A DNA stretch of 63,999 bases, counting the filler, from Sphacelaria rigidula (Eukaryota): NCBI GenBank assembly GCA_964200075.2. It is 3 parts of 3 records of this genome, joined end to end, with 100 filler letters (N's around TTAATTAATTAA, not from the genome) between each part and the next. Parts side by side here need not be neighbours in the genome. Positions count along the whole stretch, not along the records: positions 1 to 21,828 come from CAXNAA020000381.1; positions 21,929 to 43,742 come from CAXNAA020000382.1; 1 more part is not named here. The stretch is one strand, 5' to 3'. Both the position numbers and the translations under genes were made by a program. The notes under the pieces are model-generated. The model saw only the letters and a list, made by a program, of their open reading frames with translations. It was not told the DNA's origin and did not search any database. Shown one piece after another: positions 14,601-26,680 of the stretch. Numbering within the stretch: the first letter of the stretch is position 1; every line of letters begins with the position of its first letter.

Positions 14601-17600
14601 CTGAAAATAAAGGGAAAATACTCCCCCATCCTACATATGCAAATATTTACCCAAGTTCCCGTCAGATTAGACAGAATTTCCCGTTTCGTTGATGATATTG
14701 CCTCGGCCCCGACGGAACTCACGTGAAAAACGTTGTTGTTGCTGTTGCGTGACCTTCTTTGAGCCGTGAAGAGGTGAGCAAAATGTGTACGTACTTCGCA
14801 CCCTTAGCATTTGGTGTCGAAGCGAGAGGGGTTCGTGGCTAACTCACGTCCGCAACGCTGCAGCTCGCCTGCCTGACCATTATTCGTTTCGGGTAAAGTG
14901 AACCATATCTATCTGAGCTAACGCCCCCCATTTTCTGATCGCTTTCAAGGTTCTGAACAGCCGTAAACAATGAACATATACCCCAAAAGGTCAACGCCCG
15001 GCCCGTGCAGTGTTGCAAGTTAACTTCCGACGACTCATCCTATCGTATATTCAGTGCGGCATTTGTTCGATATATTTATCTACACTCGATATCCAGAGGA
15101 AACTAAAGTTGGTGCGCTCAACCCTCACGACAATTAAAGACAGCAAAGCGTTCCGGCTCTTCTTGGAATTCAAAGCTGCTCGATACAAGACCTTCATGCA
15201 CACAAACACACATACTGCATACACGTGCTTTGCCGCAAAAATCAACAGCCGTTACGATCAAAGGCAAGGGGAGATTCCCTGGCACGAAATGACATTCTGT
15301 ATCGGCGGCTCTGCTCCCTTCTTCTTCGTCGAACGCATTCGCTTCAGAGTTGCTCCGGTATTCGCTGATAGGCGTTGTCACAAGATCGCTGTTAGCCGTT
15401 GTCACAAGATGAGGTTCTTCGTTTGGGAAACTAATGCCTACCCAAACAACACCACGTGTAAAATAAAGCAGGAAGGCATATGACCAAAAGGACGGCGAGT
15501 AATATCGCTGTTCCTACACTTTTGGGCCTTGCTCTTAGTACCGACAAGAACAGGGCATAGCGGGTACAGCTCGGTACGACCACAGCATCTTCTTAGAAAA
15601 TGGTTTCGCTGTGCCCCAGCAATACCACTAGCTCGATTGAAGCTTCAAGACGTAGTCAGTGAACCACTCGGGTCATGTTAATCACCCGAGTACACCGTCG
15701 GGGCGATAGTTGCTCACTACAGTACGGGTGATGTTGAAAGGAAAAAACATATAATTTCGTTCGAGACGGAGCATGTGGGGGGGGGTGTACTCATGATCAT
15801 GCATGCCGTAGTCATATGGCCTTTGACCTCGCATCCCTACAAAGCCGGGAAGGAGTACGCCGGGTTTTTGCTGGACCAGGCTCGCAATCAATTACCAAGC
15901 GCGAAGCGCCGTGATGTGTTCGATGAGTCGCATGAAGGGTGAGCTGCATCCTACTAAGATTGTTCGGCCCGAATTATCTTGCATTTGGATGGCAGCCTAC
16001 AATGAGCTGCTTCACTTTCTGGTTTCGCCACTTTCTGGTTTCGCCACTTCCAGCGGCAGCGATGGGTTACACACTGCCTCATGGATGTCTTACCATAAAA
16101 ACACTGCGTAGTACGAACATCCCCTTTTCGCGGGATGGAGGTTATCCACCCTGCACATTATGATCTAGCTCGACTACCATGGTGATGGTTACCGTAAAAA
16201 AAACGCAAGCGAGAGAAAAACGGTAACCTGGTTGCCTAGCATACGCAGTGAGCGGCGTGTTTTACAGCGCCGTTACCAACTGATGCCGACCCTCAAAATG
16301 GAAGAAGGGGAGTTGACACGAGGGTGGGGTTGGCATATTTCTCTCCGTGTTGTCTCCTTGAGGGGACCGGTATTACCGTGGGGAGGTAAGCAGCATTCCG
16401 AAGCTATGTTCCAGTGAGCTATGTATTGTACTTGTCCGTCAGTCTGTAAATATTTAACCAAGTGAATGTGCGCTCTGTTTGTTAACTGCGAGATGGGTTG
16501 CTTCCAGCGCATTATTATAAGTAAGTAAGAAATGCACTCAACTGATCAAAATGCAGCGCAGAGATGACAAGGTGGTGCAGCTATCGCGATGCCTGCGGGC
16601 GAAGGTACTTGAAAAAACAAAGCGCAGGCTTCGACACTGCACCGAAAAGGGGATCATCCGAAAGGTAGAGAAATACCTCCCACAATATAAGACGCGAAGA
16701 AAACGGACAAAATATATTTGACGATGTTCGCAAGCACACGAACAAGATAGACGACAAACGAAAACATCAGCAAGCGCAGGAGCATAGCCGCACCTGCACA
16801 CAACCCCGGCAACGCGACACGCCTCCATGAGGGTTTCTGCCGCAAATAGAGGAAGCAACGACAGCCGACTGGGGAGGCCGGTTCTCGACCCGTTCTCGAA
16901 GGATTCACCGACGCCGTTAACCCCAATGTGCTCCATGAGCATCGTCACCTCTTCAACCTGCACACAAGTTGCACAGAGGAGAGGGTGAGAGCGGTGTGCG
17001 AAGATGCTGCATGCGTCTAGGACTCAGGTCTTGTGCTATGAGCCGTGATGCAGGTATGGCACATGTATTCATCTCGTCCTCTTCGGAAGGTTGAACGGAA
17101 AAAATAGGTACCCTTACGCGAAGCACTGGGCGAGAGAAGCAGCTGTACATGTTTTTTACTTGAGCTTCTGACAAGAGGAAAGGCTGAGTCCACGTTGCCA
17201 TGCGGAGAGATATCCCAGAAAGTACCGTTTTCAAAGCTTACAGGACAGCGTCTCCGGCGCTGCACCGTATGGTTATCAATCATCTCTGTTCACATACTTA
17301 TATACTAGCCAACGATTGGTGACGGTCATGGTATACATATGTCTATCGGAAACACACTGGCCACACCCCAACGGAAGCAAAGCACCTTGGAAGGCGTGAA
17401 TTACAGTCTAAAGATGTGTTGTTGGTTGTGTGGTGTTCGTATTTGGCGCACATACCGGTACCATATTGCGTTCGGTCGCGATGTTGATGTACACATCTAC
17501 TTGGAATTTAACCTGAACACACGAACATCACTATAAAAAAGGCGGCGAGGGAGGGGGGGAGTTTGAATATTGTATCGGGCGTTAGACATCAGGATGAAAC

Positions 17601-19579
17601 CACACCATATCCCACGGTACGTGGTACGGGTCTTCGATCTCTTGGCGCATAAATAATTTTTTTCGATACCATTCTCGGTGTGCACGTCGGTTTCCGAGAC
17701 AGATTTGACACACGGATAGAACAAAAACTAGCGAAGATAGCGTTAAGGGTGGTGATGTCGCCTGTCAATCAATCATCCGATCTTCATCGCATTTCTGGCG
17801 GCGAACGAACATCTCATAGCACTACGCACAGCGCCGTGTATTGTGGACACGACCGACCGTCGTACGTCTACAGTACTGCGCACAGCAACAACGACCGCCA
17901 TTTTCGGAGCCATGTTGCGCGTCATTCTCCGAGTGCCGGGTGCAACAAAACAGGTTTGCCCGAAAATCAACCCAGGCGGTTTATATAAGGTTGTAGATGG
18001 CGAGTCGCAACACGAGACGAAACGCGCAGGAGGCATGGAAAGAGAGAGCGCGCGCGCAAGAGCCACGATGCTGAAAAAGATGGCAAGAATAATTGAATCA
18101 AATCCCAAGTCTGTTTGTGCCCAGGGCAGGTATTTTCCACACTTAAAGTCGTCTACTGGCACGTCACGTCGCGAGAGTGTGTATGAATCCAACATTTGCC
18201 CATGAATATTTAGGATGGAAAGCGGCCAACAGAATCAGGGACAAGCTGTACAGAAGTAGTAAGCCGGAAAAAAAAAAAGACAAGGGTATAGCGTGAGGCG
18301 AGGAAAACATCCGCATCGCGTCGTTTTGTCTTTCCAAGCCGAACCTTACCCATACACGGAACAGTTTTGGTTGAAGAAAATACCAGAGAGCAAACGCAGA
18401 TGTAGTATCACATGAATATCAGAGTGGGGAAGTGAAGACGAAATCCTCGGAGATGGACGGGAGACGGTGAACGCAAGTGCATCGCATGAATCATATTCAG
18501 AGCGGAGGGCAATGCGCCATCGAATACTGCAACATCCCGTCCGGTCATTTCCGACGGAGTGCGAAAGAATCTCTCGCCATCCAGTAGAATGGATTTGAAC
18601 CAAGGATGCATGTTCTCGGAACCAGCACCCGCAATCAAGCGGCAATTCACCGGTTTGTCGCGGTCAAGAGTACAGCCGACTGCGATCAAACTATCGCTCC
18701 GGAGTATGACAAAATGTCATGCTGGCTGCGCTGGATAGGGTGCCCTCCCTGTGCCCCCCTTGCCGCCCTCTCTCACACATCCCACGCGGAAATGCTAGCT
18801 AAACCCCCGGAGAGCAGGAGTACGGCTGAGGCCGCGAGGTTGTTTGCGATTTGCCATGCATGTTTCCATGTGAAAATCATTTGTTCAGTGATCATTGTGC
18901 ATGGCTTCAATGTACTGTAGCTTGCATCTTGGCCGTGTATGAATGTATCTAGTTGGTCCATCTGTGAGTGTTGAATCTCGGGTGATGATGACTAAGCATC
19001 GTGCCGCACGTCTCTCGTGTTTTTTCGCGGGGGCATGGAACGACAGCCAGAACAAAGCAAATTCAATTTGCCTTTCTTGCCACCAACTATGACAATATTT
19101 CGCAGAATCGTATCAAACGAACGTACCAACACAGGAAGAAACAGCTCATTTCCCGTTTTGGCGGATTCGCATCAGGTTCATCTACAAAAAAAAGGGGTCG
19201 CAGCACGATCTCCCGCATCCGTCATAAATCCACAAAAGATGAACACTGAAACAGGACTGGCAGCGAATCTTTCGGGTCAAAACTGCTATCTGTCAATTGT
19301 GAAAACGCCAAAAAAAGGCTACGGTGGCAAATGCCAGGCCGGCAAAATGTTACCGCGGGTTTGGTCTCGGGCCGCTGATTATCGGCCACTGGTAGCGTAC
19401 GTCCCTGTGAAGTACATGCTATTACAAGAACAATTACCTGTGCTTGACGTCGAAGCAAAGTGGTGGCTTCCTTCTCCCTGTCCTGCATGCCGTCCATGAT
19501 GACCATTGGAGTGATCCCTGCGCGAATTAACCCCGCGAGATACTCCACTATCGCATCGGCTAGGGCCCCGTAGTCGCAT
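1451..19579 (-). CDS. Asteroid/ASTE1-like PIN-domain (XPG/FEN1 superfamily) nuclease, multi-exon, 5'-incomplete
   Basis: Exons in transcript order: 19579-19438, 16957-16794, 12442-12227, 10864-10785, 9949-9862, 6389-5396, 4920-4778, 4336-3508, 3245-3099, 2824-1451 (TGA). All introns are GT-AG with compatible phases. Motifs in order: CDYGALADAIVEYLAGLIRAGITPMVIMDG..KEATTLLRR, LPLFAAETL, EADPELA, VLSNDSDF, LPDLACLIGND, VRKRLYEL, VKEFRRAG, HVQSAVWHANACHSVLGL. These match the Asteroid/XPG_I_2 pattern as I recall it. The exon with the start Met and first catalytic Asp was not found and probably lies beyond the contig end. Confidence 0.85.
7700..9159 (+). mobile_element. Degenerate 3' part of an RTE-type LINE (RT C-terminus, 3' UTR, (CAAT)n tail) in an ASTE1-like intron
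   Basis: Frameshifted translation HDRPNAELSL..., HHKRLLRVV..SYRVVLE..IETTTRTRQLWFAG..RLP is homologous to the LINE at 20370-21660. It ends in GACCACGGCTGGATCCC...AATCAATCAATC. Confidence 0.75.
8581..8632. repeat. (TG)n microsatellite
   Basis: About 26 perfect TG units, read directly. Confidence 0.97.
10400..10570 (+). mobile_element. Truncated 3' part of the SINE family seen at 46303-46605 and 49270-49537
   Basis: Shared core GTGCTGATCC...GGTTGAT...GGACTCGTCCCGAG followed by an A-rich end. Confidence 0.4.
12700..14120 (+). pseudogene. Possible decayed hAT-like transposase remnant
   Basis: Frameshifted translation near 13640-13780 reads IALIIPT / NNGCER / VENRLAFDAIDCSL, resembling the hAT C-terminal dimerisation motif (P..A.CER.FS...RNRL). 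There are many stops and the boundaries are approximate. Confidence 0.35.
14121..14238 (-). mobile_element. Short 3'-terminal fragment of the RTE LINE family
   Basis: (GATT)n...ACTTTAACTGAC...GGGTCCAGCCGTGGTC...CGTACCCAAG is the reverse complement of the LINE end at ~9050-9159. Confidence 0.7.
14242..14531. mobile_element. MITE-like element with imperfect TIRs
   Basis: Left end CAGGTCTTGTTACGGGACTTCGCGACGG versus reverse complement of right end CAAGACGTGTCACGGGACTTTGGGACGG. Internal CCGTCC repeats. No clear TSD. Confidence 0.5.
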
Positions 19580-20369
19580 CTTGCAATCGCGTACGTCGAT
19601 CACACAGGAGATAATGGCGTGGAAACATATAAAAAGCAAAAAGTACGTCAGTCGTGATGGGAGCATGAAATACCGGTGAAAAATGAAACGCACGTTTGTG
19701 TATTTTACAGTATCAAAATTGACCTTCTGGTATATATTCTTATGATCTCCCGGTAATGACCCTGCGGACACACACTCAATCATCCGTAGATCACACAAGG
19801 GCCGGCACGAGGTAACAAGAGTGGAGTAGATGAGACGCAGCAAGCGTTTCCACGATCACGAAACTACTATTTACTGTACGGCAGGTAGTCGACGCTGAAG
19901 GGGACACATGATCCAGCGCTACGTGGTATGGCGCGCCACCAATGACTGACGTTTAATGTTGCTCTATGTGGGGCCTGAGGGGTCATATTTCAGCTGCACA
20001 AGTTACTTGAACTTGTCTTCACAACCCGTGAACAGTGAGAAGTCTTGAGAACACCTAGGGAGCGGAGGCATTTCTCCATGACAGCTTCTCGCGGAATGAG
20101 GATACAGGCCATTCGATAGATCCCTTGAGAGCTATGACATATGTATGTGACTTCTACGACGAGTGCAGAACTGACCGTTCCTGTTGGGCAGTTGAGGCAG
20201 TCACTCTCTACCTCTTCCACTCGCCAGCGTAGAGCAAGGCAACAAGCCCCTATTATACGTCAACAAGACCTGAGGTGTCTAGTGTCTGCCTTTCTGTTGT
20301 ATTCTGTACCTCCCCCGCCCCTTTGGTTCGAGATATAAGTGAGTGTTACACAAGGGTAGGGATCCAGGA

Positions 20370-21660
20370 TGGTAACTACTGGGGCATCTCCCTCGTGGCT
20401 CATGCTGGAAATGTCGTTATCATTGTAGCCAACAGGCTTGATAGTTTTTGCGAGGAAGCAGGGATCTTCTCGAAGGAACAGTGCGGATTTTGGCGCCAAT
20501 AGACCACGGGCATCATGTTTCTGGTACGCCGACTGTACGAGTTGGGTTGAGCGAGCACTGTCCCACTGAACGCGTGCTTCATCGATCTGCACAAGGCGTA
20601 CGACACCGTCGACCGTGCGCTCCGGTGGAAATTTCCCGCCCGTTTCGGAGTCCCGCCGCGTATGATCAACATCATCCATACGTTCCACGATAGCATGCAC
20701 GCCCGGTACGGCTGGATGATGGCAAACTATTGCAGTGGTTCCACGTCTACCAAAGACTTCAGGGGATGAGTTTCGTCCCCAATACACTTTAACAAATTCG
20801 ACGCAGCATTGGTCGATCATCCTATAGCGTTTCGTGGCGACTTCGGTTGTCTTTTCAGACCTTTTATATCAAGATAATGCGCCAAAAAGTGTGGATGATG
20901 AACCCCTGGAAGAGACGCCGCTGGAAAGGGTGCAACGCGCGGTATGCTGTACGCGGATGGCGCAGGAAAAGCATCGAGGTCTACAGATAAGCTGGCTAGG
21001 ACGGTTGCTGTGATAGTATTGGCCTGTCCGGAGCTTGGCCCGAAGATATCGAAGAACAGGACAGAGGCCATGCGCCTGTGGTCAGTACCTAGCTCCCCAG
21101 ACACCGCGCTGCACATCAAAGCGACAGGTCAACGACACAAGCGAACGACCAAGTTCGTCTATATTGCTGGTGATGTCAGCGCAGGCGTGAACATTTCCAT
21201 CGAAATCAAGCGCCGCATCAGCGCTGCGTGGGCACGCCTCGAGAAGTATACAGTGATTCCCAATTCTACGATCGGCGCAACACCAGAGTTCTTCCGACAA
21301 CCCGACTGCTACTCCAAGCGGAGGTGGCGGAAGCTATGCCGTGCAGAGTAGCGACGCGGACTCTACGCCCGGAGGACTTCGACATCTTCCGCACCATCCG
21401 CCACAAGCTTTGACTGCGAGTAGTTGACTTCCGCAGGAAGGATCGCACTGGACACAAGCCAATTCCATACAGATCTGTACTAGATGACGAACGAGCGTAT
21501 CGAGACGACCATCCGCGAGGGTCAACCTTAGTTCGCGGGGGCTACCGTCCGACAGGACGACACACGTCTGCCGAAGCGCATTATGTTCGGACGGTTGGCC
21601 ACACAAAGGTCCAGGGAGGCCGGCCGGCCTTCCAAGCACTGGGGGGACCACTCCAGACGA
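20370..21660 (+). mobile_element. RTE-type LINE reverse transcriptase pseudogene
   Basis: NYWGISLVAHAG..IVANRL..EQCGF, FIDLHKAYDTVDR..FGVP, MLYADG (degenerate YADD), KFVYIAG..EIKRRISAAW. Stops and frameshifts are present. Confidence 0.9.
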
Positions 21661-21828
21661 ACCTGTGTGCACTACAGAATGCGACGCACAAGGAAGAACT
21701 CAGGAGATGATTACCATTAATTGTGCGAGTCATCGCACACCCCCCAGACCGAATTTCAAAGCTCGATTACTCCACAACAAGAAGAGCATCAGTTCTGGAA
21801 AGGGTGACGCTGGAAAGATCTCGTCGAT

Positions 21829-21928
21829 NNNNNNNNNNNNNNNNNNNNNNNNNNNNNNNNNNNNNNNNNNNNTTAATTAATTAANNNNNNNNNNNNNNNN
21901 NNNNNNNNNNNNNNNNNNNNNNNNNNNN
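21829..21928. other. Artificial contig linker / assembly gap
   Basis: 44 N + TTAATTAATTAA (stop codons in all six frames) + 44 N. Confidence 0.97.
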
Positions 21929-22379
21929 GTCTCGGTAGTGGGTTCTGCGCGTCCCGGCGTCGGGGGCGGTGGCGGGCGGGGGGGGGGGGGGGGGGGGGGG
22001 GGGGGCGCTGGAGGCGCCGTGCCGGAGGCACCTTTTTACACGATTTGGCTTCACGAGAGCTAAAAAACACGTCAAATTTGGGCCAATTTTCAAGGACTGT
22101 ATGTAGCATACGTAGCCGGTAACAGTAAAGAATTGAAGCAATAATCCATTTTTTTCATATAACCATTACCATCATTACCATTAAAATGATAGTGGCCAGC
22201 TATAACTGGTACCATTTCCGAGCTCTCATATCGATAGATGTGTTTCACCAGCTATTGTGTTCTACAATATATATCGATAGGTTCTCCCTCGCGTCAATTA
22301 CTGAAGCAACATTGAGGGAGAGTCCAGCTTTGGTTTGCATTCCCCCGTCGGTCTCCATATAAGAGATATCGAGAGTTCT

Positions 22380-23995
22380 CCCATAAAAAAGTCGGACAAC
22401 GAAGAAGTACGTTTGAGTGATATGTGTGTAGAGCTGAATAGGCATGAAAACGCCGGTACGCTCTCGAGTGATGAAATCCCAGGAGTGGTGAACGCCATAA
22501 CAGCAAAGTGGGTGTTCAGTTGGAAAACCGACGCTAACGGATTAATCACCAAAGCGAAGGCGAGACTTGTTGCGCGTGGATTTGGACAGAGATTTGCTGT
22601 AGACTACTTCGAGACGTTTGCAGCCACTCCAGCTATGGCATCGATAAAAATGGTCATGGCCGCTGCAGCGCAGGAAGGATGGCCACTGTATCATTTTGAT
22701 GGTATCCAGGGTTTTGTAAGAGCGACAATGGACACGAATGTGTTCATGAAGCTTCCACAAGGGTGTGGCCCCCTGACGGGTAATACAGTAAGGCTTGAGA
22801 GACCCATACATGGTATCAAGCAGGCAGGGAGGCAATGGTCCCTTATTCTAAACTAAACTCTGATGGAGGACCCTCGCGTATACAAGCAGGAGGAAAGGGG
22901 GAGTGTATGTGTCACTTTAGTTGTGCATATAGACGGCATCTTGATTGGGGTGAAACAAAAGGAGTGGAAAACGTCTGTGATATCTTCAACAAAAAATTCC
23001 CAACAAACCTCGGTGAAGTTCCGTGGTACACGGGTGTGCCATAAAAGGGACTGGAAAGGGGGTACGATGTACGTAAATCAAACAAATTTCATTGACATCC
23101 TGTTGAAGTGGTTCCAAGTTGCGGATTTTTCTGGAATCCCCGCCTCAACTTCTGCAGACTTGGGATCGATCAAGCATGGAGACACGGTGGTAAATAGACC
23201 ATACCGTAGTGCGGTAGGAGGACTGATGTGGTTGGCCGGTGTGACAAGGGCCGATATAGCCAATGCAGCCCGGGCTCTGGCCCGGCAGTGCTATGACTCA
23301 TGTAAGAGACACTGGCAAGGAGTGTTGAAAGTCCTAGCGTACTTGAATAGAACTAGGAACTACGCTTTGACGTTCACTTCAGGAGAGAGTGTGCTATAAG
23401 TGTACTGCGATGCCGACTACGCAAAGAAAGAGACGGACAGGCGATCGGTTTCCGGGATAGCGGTAATGTATGGAGGAGTGGCAGTATCAAGTACCAGTCG
23501 CACGCAACACTGCGTTACCTTGTCCACCATCGAAGCCGAGTCTGTGGCAATGGCTGAAGGGGCGAAGGAATGTATGTTTGTCAGGTCGGTCCTGTCTTCC
23601 TTACGACCAAGGATTCTGCTGGGACGAGAGGAAGAATATTGATTGATTAATTCATCCATTGTCGCACTTTAACTGACCCCCCAGGGGTCCAGCCGTGGTC
23701 TCGTGATAGACGTACCCAAAAAAAACAAAATTGAAACACTCGCTGAATATCATATTGCTTTTATGAGGACAACGAGGGGGCTAAGGCTCTGGCCGAAAAC
23801 CCTCTCAGCTCAGTTCGCAGCAAGTACATCGACGTGAGGTGACGTTTCATTCGGCACTTGGTAAGAACAGAAGCCATAAGGATCATGCAAGTGAATTCAG
23901 AATGGCAGCGCGCTGTTATTCTGACGAAACCGCTTCCACTCACGTTGTCCAACAGGCATCGACGCGCCTTGATGAACATGAGGGTCAACAAGTAG
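22380..23995 (+). mobile_element. Ty1/copia LTR retrotransposon RT-RNase H, pseudogenised
   Basis: KWVFSWKTD..KAKARLVARGFGQ..DYFETFA, HGIKQAGRQW, VHIDGIL (degenerate YVDD), PYRSAVGGLMWLA, YCDADYA..DRRSVSG, LSTIEAE, YEDNEGA..SKYIDVR. Stops and frameshifts are present. Confidence 0.93.
23640..23745 (-). mobile_element. RTE-LINE 3' tail fragment inserted into the copia RNase H
   Basis: Same GGGTCCAGCCGTGGTC...GACGTACCC / (GATT)n motif as 14121-14238. Flanked by GAATAT on both sides, a possible TSD. Confidence 0.75.
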
Positions 23996-24307
23996 GCACA
24001 TGATGTTCTTTTTTTGTGTGTTTTCGATTATTAGCTCTAGACGTTTCAGGTCATGGTTTCCGTGATGCATTTGTGCTTATGTCGGGTGAAGCCGCTCACG
24101 CTACTTTGTGGGGCATGGGTTTGTTGGGCGTTTCCCGATGTAACGTGCATGTGCCCTGGCCTGGGCGTCTGCAAAGAGGAGCTGTTGGACTTCATGCACA
24201 AGCGTTGAAGTTTGTGTGATTGAGATTTTTGCTCGGAATGCCGAATTTCCTCCTCGTATTTTTTTAGAGAGAGAGCTTTGAGCACTGAGGTATCAGATCA
24301 TTGGGGG

Positions 24308-24525
24308 TGTTCATGTGACTCAAATACACGCAGCCATACCGGGTCTACGTACAACAGGGGATTGGGATGACGGACGAGTACGGACAGTCAAGGGCGTGCA
24401 AATGTGGTACAGTACAGTAGCCGGGCGATGCGGACGGCCCCACCTCGAACACTCGTCGGCTTCTCCCCTCTCTCCCACACTCTCCCGAGTGTTAGCGCTA
24501 CTTGGATGGTGTCTATTAAACGACA
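24308..24525 (+). mobile_element. Putative 3' LTR of the copia element
   Basis: Follows a G-rich tract (TTGGGGG) downstream of RNase H and runs TGTT...GACA. There is no second LTR in the contig to confirm it. Confidence 0.4.
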
Positions 24526-24606
24526 TGAAATATATACCCTGTGCCTGAGCCAAGAAATATTCGTGACATGTTGTACGAACCAACTGCGCGATTATGGGTA
24601 ACACAC

Positions 24607-25229
24607 CTGTTGAGCCGGACCAAGTCGCCTGGTCGAATCATCCTGGCAGCACACTGCGCCGTTTGTCGCCACAGGGTTACTCGAAAAAAGGAGGACGTTG
24701 GATCTGCAACGAGCAACGTGCTCTGATTCATTTCATAGCCTTCCTTCGACGTAACCTGCTGCAGGCCACTACACTGCAAAATTAAAACAAACACGTCCCA
24801 CGTTGCGGAGTTCGCACTAGTGCCCACTCGCTCATTCCTTGCGGTAGCTTTCAAAGTCTGCAGTGGTGTTATTGCGGAGTATCTTGGCATGACAGGAGGA
24901 GATGGGGGTTCAACACCAGCATCCTGTCGCGATTGTTGTTCGCTTACTGACGGCGATTGGAGTTTCAATCGTTTGCTGGGTCGCTCTAGATCTTCGGCAA
25001 GTTCACTCGACTTTCCACCCGCTTGCTCTTGTCCTGAAGACGGAGCTGAGCATTTCCGCTGGCAGGAGGGCGGTGCAGGTGTTGCTCCTACTGCTGTGGT
25101 TGCTGCTGCCGTGTTGCTTGGACATGGTAGCGATTTCCACTCCCGACATGCTCGCGAAATCTGCAGGGCTTCGGTATCAGCTACATATTTCTTGTGGAAT
25201 TTTCCCTTTGTTCCTTCCTTTCCCGGCAT
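24607..25229 (-). CDS. Exon of an OB-fold nucleic-acid-binding protein (SHLD2-like / SOSS-B-like), partial gene
   Basis: DVFVLILQ..VTSKEG....STLLVADPT..FRVTLW.....MIRPGDLVRLN is the OB-fold D-x-T..W..PGD pattern. It ends at donor AG|GTGTGT (24607/24606). Downstream exons are not in the contig and the upstream boundary is uncertain. Confidence 0.65.
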
Positions 25230-26680
25230 AGAAGATGGCGATCTCTATGCGGAGTGCTCGTTCTCTCGTGCGTTCTCGTGCAGACTACCGCACCTCTGCT
25301 CTCTGCTCGATCTTGGCCACCATGGTCTATGACTGTTGAATACTGGTTTAAGGGAATTTATCCAACGGGGCCATTGTGGTGCACGCAAGGCCTGCAACAG
25401 CACCTAGCAGCCGTGAAGGTATGTATTGCGTGGTAAAGGGTAGTGTGTCGCTTGGATATCGATATGGGTGGGAGTTTCGGATATAGGGGTTAAACTCGTT
25501 GCCATGCGGAACACGATGCTTCAACATGTGTCGCGGCATTTAAAGCCCAGGAAGAACACGACCGCAGTCAGAACAGCAGTCAAAATAAGTCACGAAGAAG
25601 TACATGCAAACATGCAGACTACGGATAGCAGTGTGTCGTGTTGTGGTCAGTTGAGATCGACAAGCTACATCAAGAGCTCGCATTTGAACAGAGAACTGAG
25701 AGTACTGTAAACTTGTATCGAACACAATGTCCTATAGCATTGCTCTCGAAGGAATGAACACGAGGCAATATGGACTAGCGGTGTAATTTTTTAATGTTGA
25801 AAAATCGGGCCACGTTCGGCAGTACAAACGTGGGCATACTAGCTTCAACGAAGCAGAGACACTTTCATCCTGTTGACAGGCAACAGATGGTACGCAGCTT
25901 TTACACAGCGGGGGATTTTGATTGCTTGCATGCTAGGCCCGAAAACAAAGCATCACCGTGAAGCTTCTGAGTGAACCGAGATCAGAGGCATCGCATCCCG
26001 ATTGTGAGACGCATGCGGTGGGGGTCTGGCACAGGATCAGTAAGCATCACTTTGCAGGGTACATTAGCGCTCTGTTCGCTTGTTTTCACCAACACAGAGT
26101 CGTACAACACTACACTTGTTCTCACCGCACGGTGCACAATTGGTGAACGCATGGAAGAACCATACGACAAGACTATGGGGAAACATGACGTATGATGCGA
26201 CCGACACGTACCTCTAACTGTTCTGTACCACAGGGCTTGTGTGGCTGATAATACTTTTCACGCAACGCACTGTCGGGGTTTTCCCCAACCAACTCCTCGA
26301 CTTCGTCGTTGAATAGTGATTGATTTAGTCACGACCATTATTTGTTCTTTGGATCTTCGCGGGGCTCACAGTCCCAACCGCTCGCCGCTCGCTCTGAGGA
26401 TTTTCTCACGGCCGGGCTGGCCTAGACGCGAATTTGTGGTTTGCAGACCCCGTCCCGCCTCAATTTTGCAAGTTGGACTTTGAAACGGAGGAAAAATAGG
26501 GCATGCCAAAACACTGTCGATCAGGACGTGTAGTTTTTTTTTTTCGTCAGTTAAGACCCGCTTTCAGACACGAAAGCACGAAAAAGCACGAATCTCGAGT
26601 TTTTCGAGCATCGGGGGGAAAAAAATGGGGGAACGCACTCTATGGACACAGCTTCGGATCAAATTCGGGGCGAAAAATCT

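Noticed and set aside
19990..20270. Candidate first exon of the ASTE1-like gene
   Set aside because: No MG..GL or DG motif, stops in the candidate frames, and no convincing phase-2 donor.
21873..21884. TTAATTAATTAA as a biological site
   Set aside because: It is a synthetic six-frame stop spacer centred in N runs and is repeated identically at 43787-43798.
1451..25403. ASTE1-like nuclease next to an SHLD2-like OB gene as a 'shieldin cluster'
   Set aside because: The two genes lie on different contigs separated by an artificial linker, so the adjacency is an artefact. The OB-fold assignment is also uncertain.
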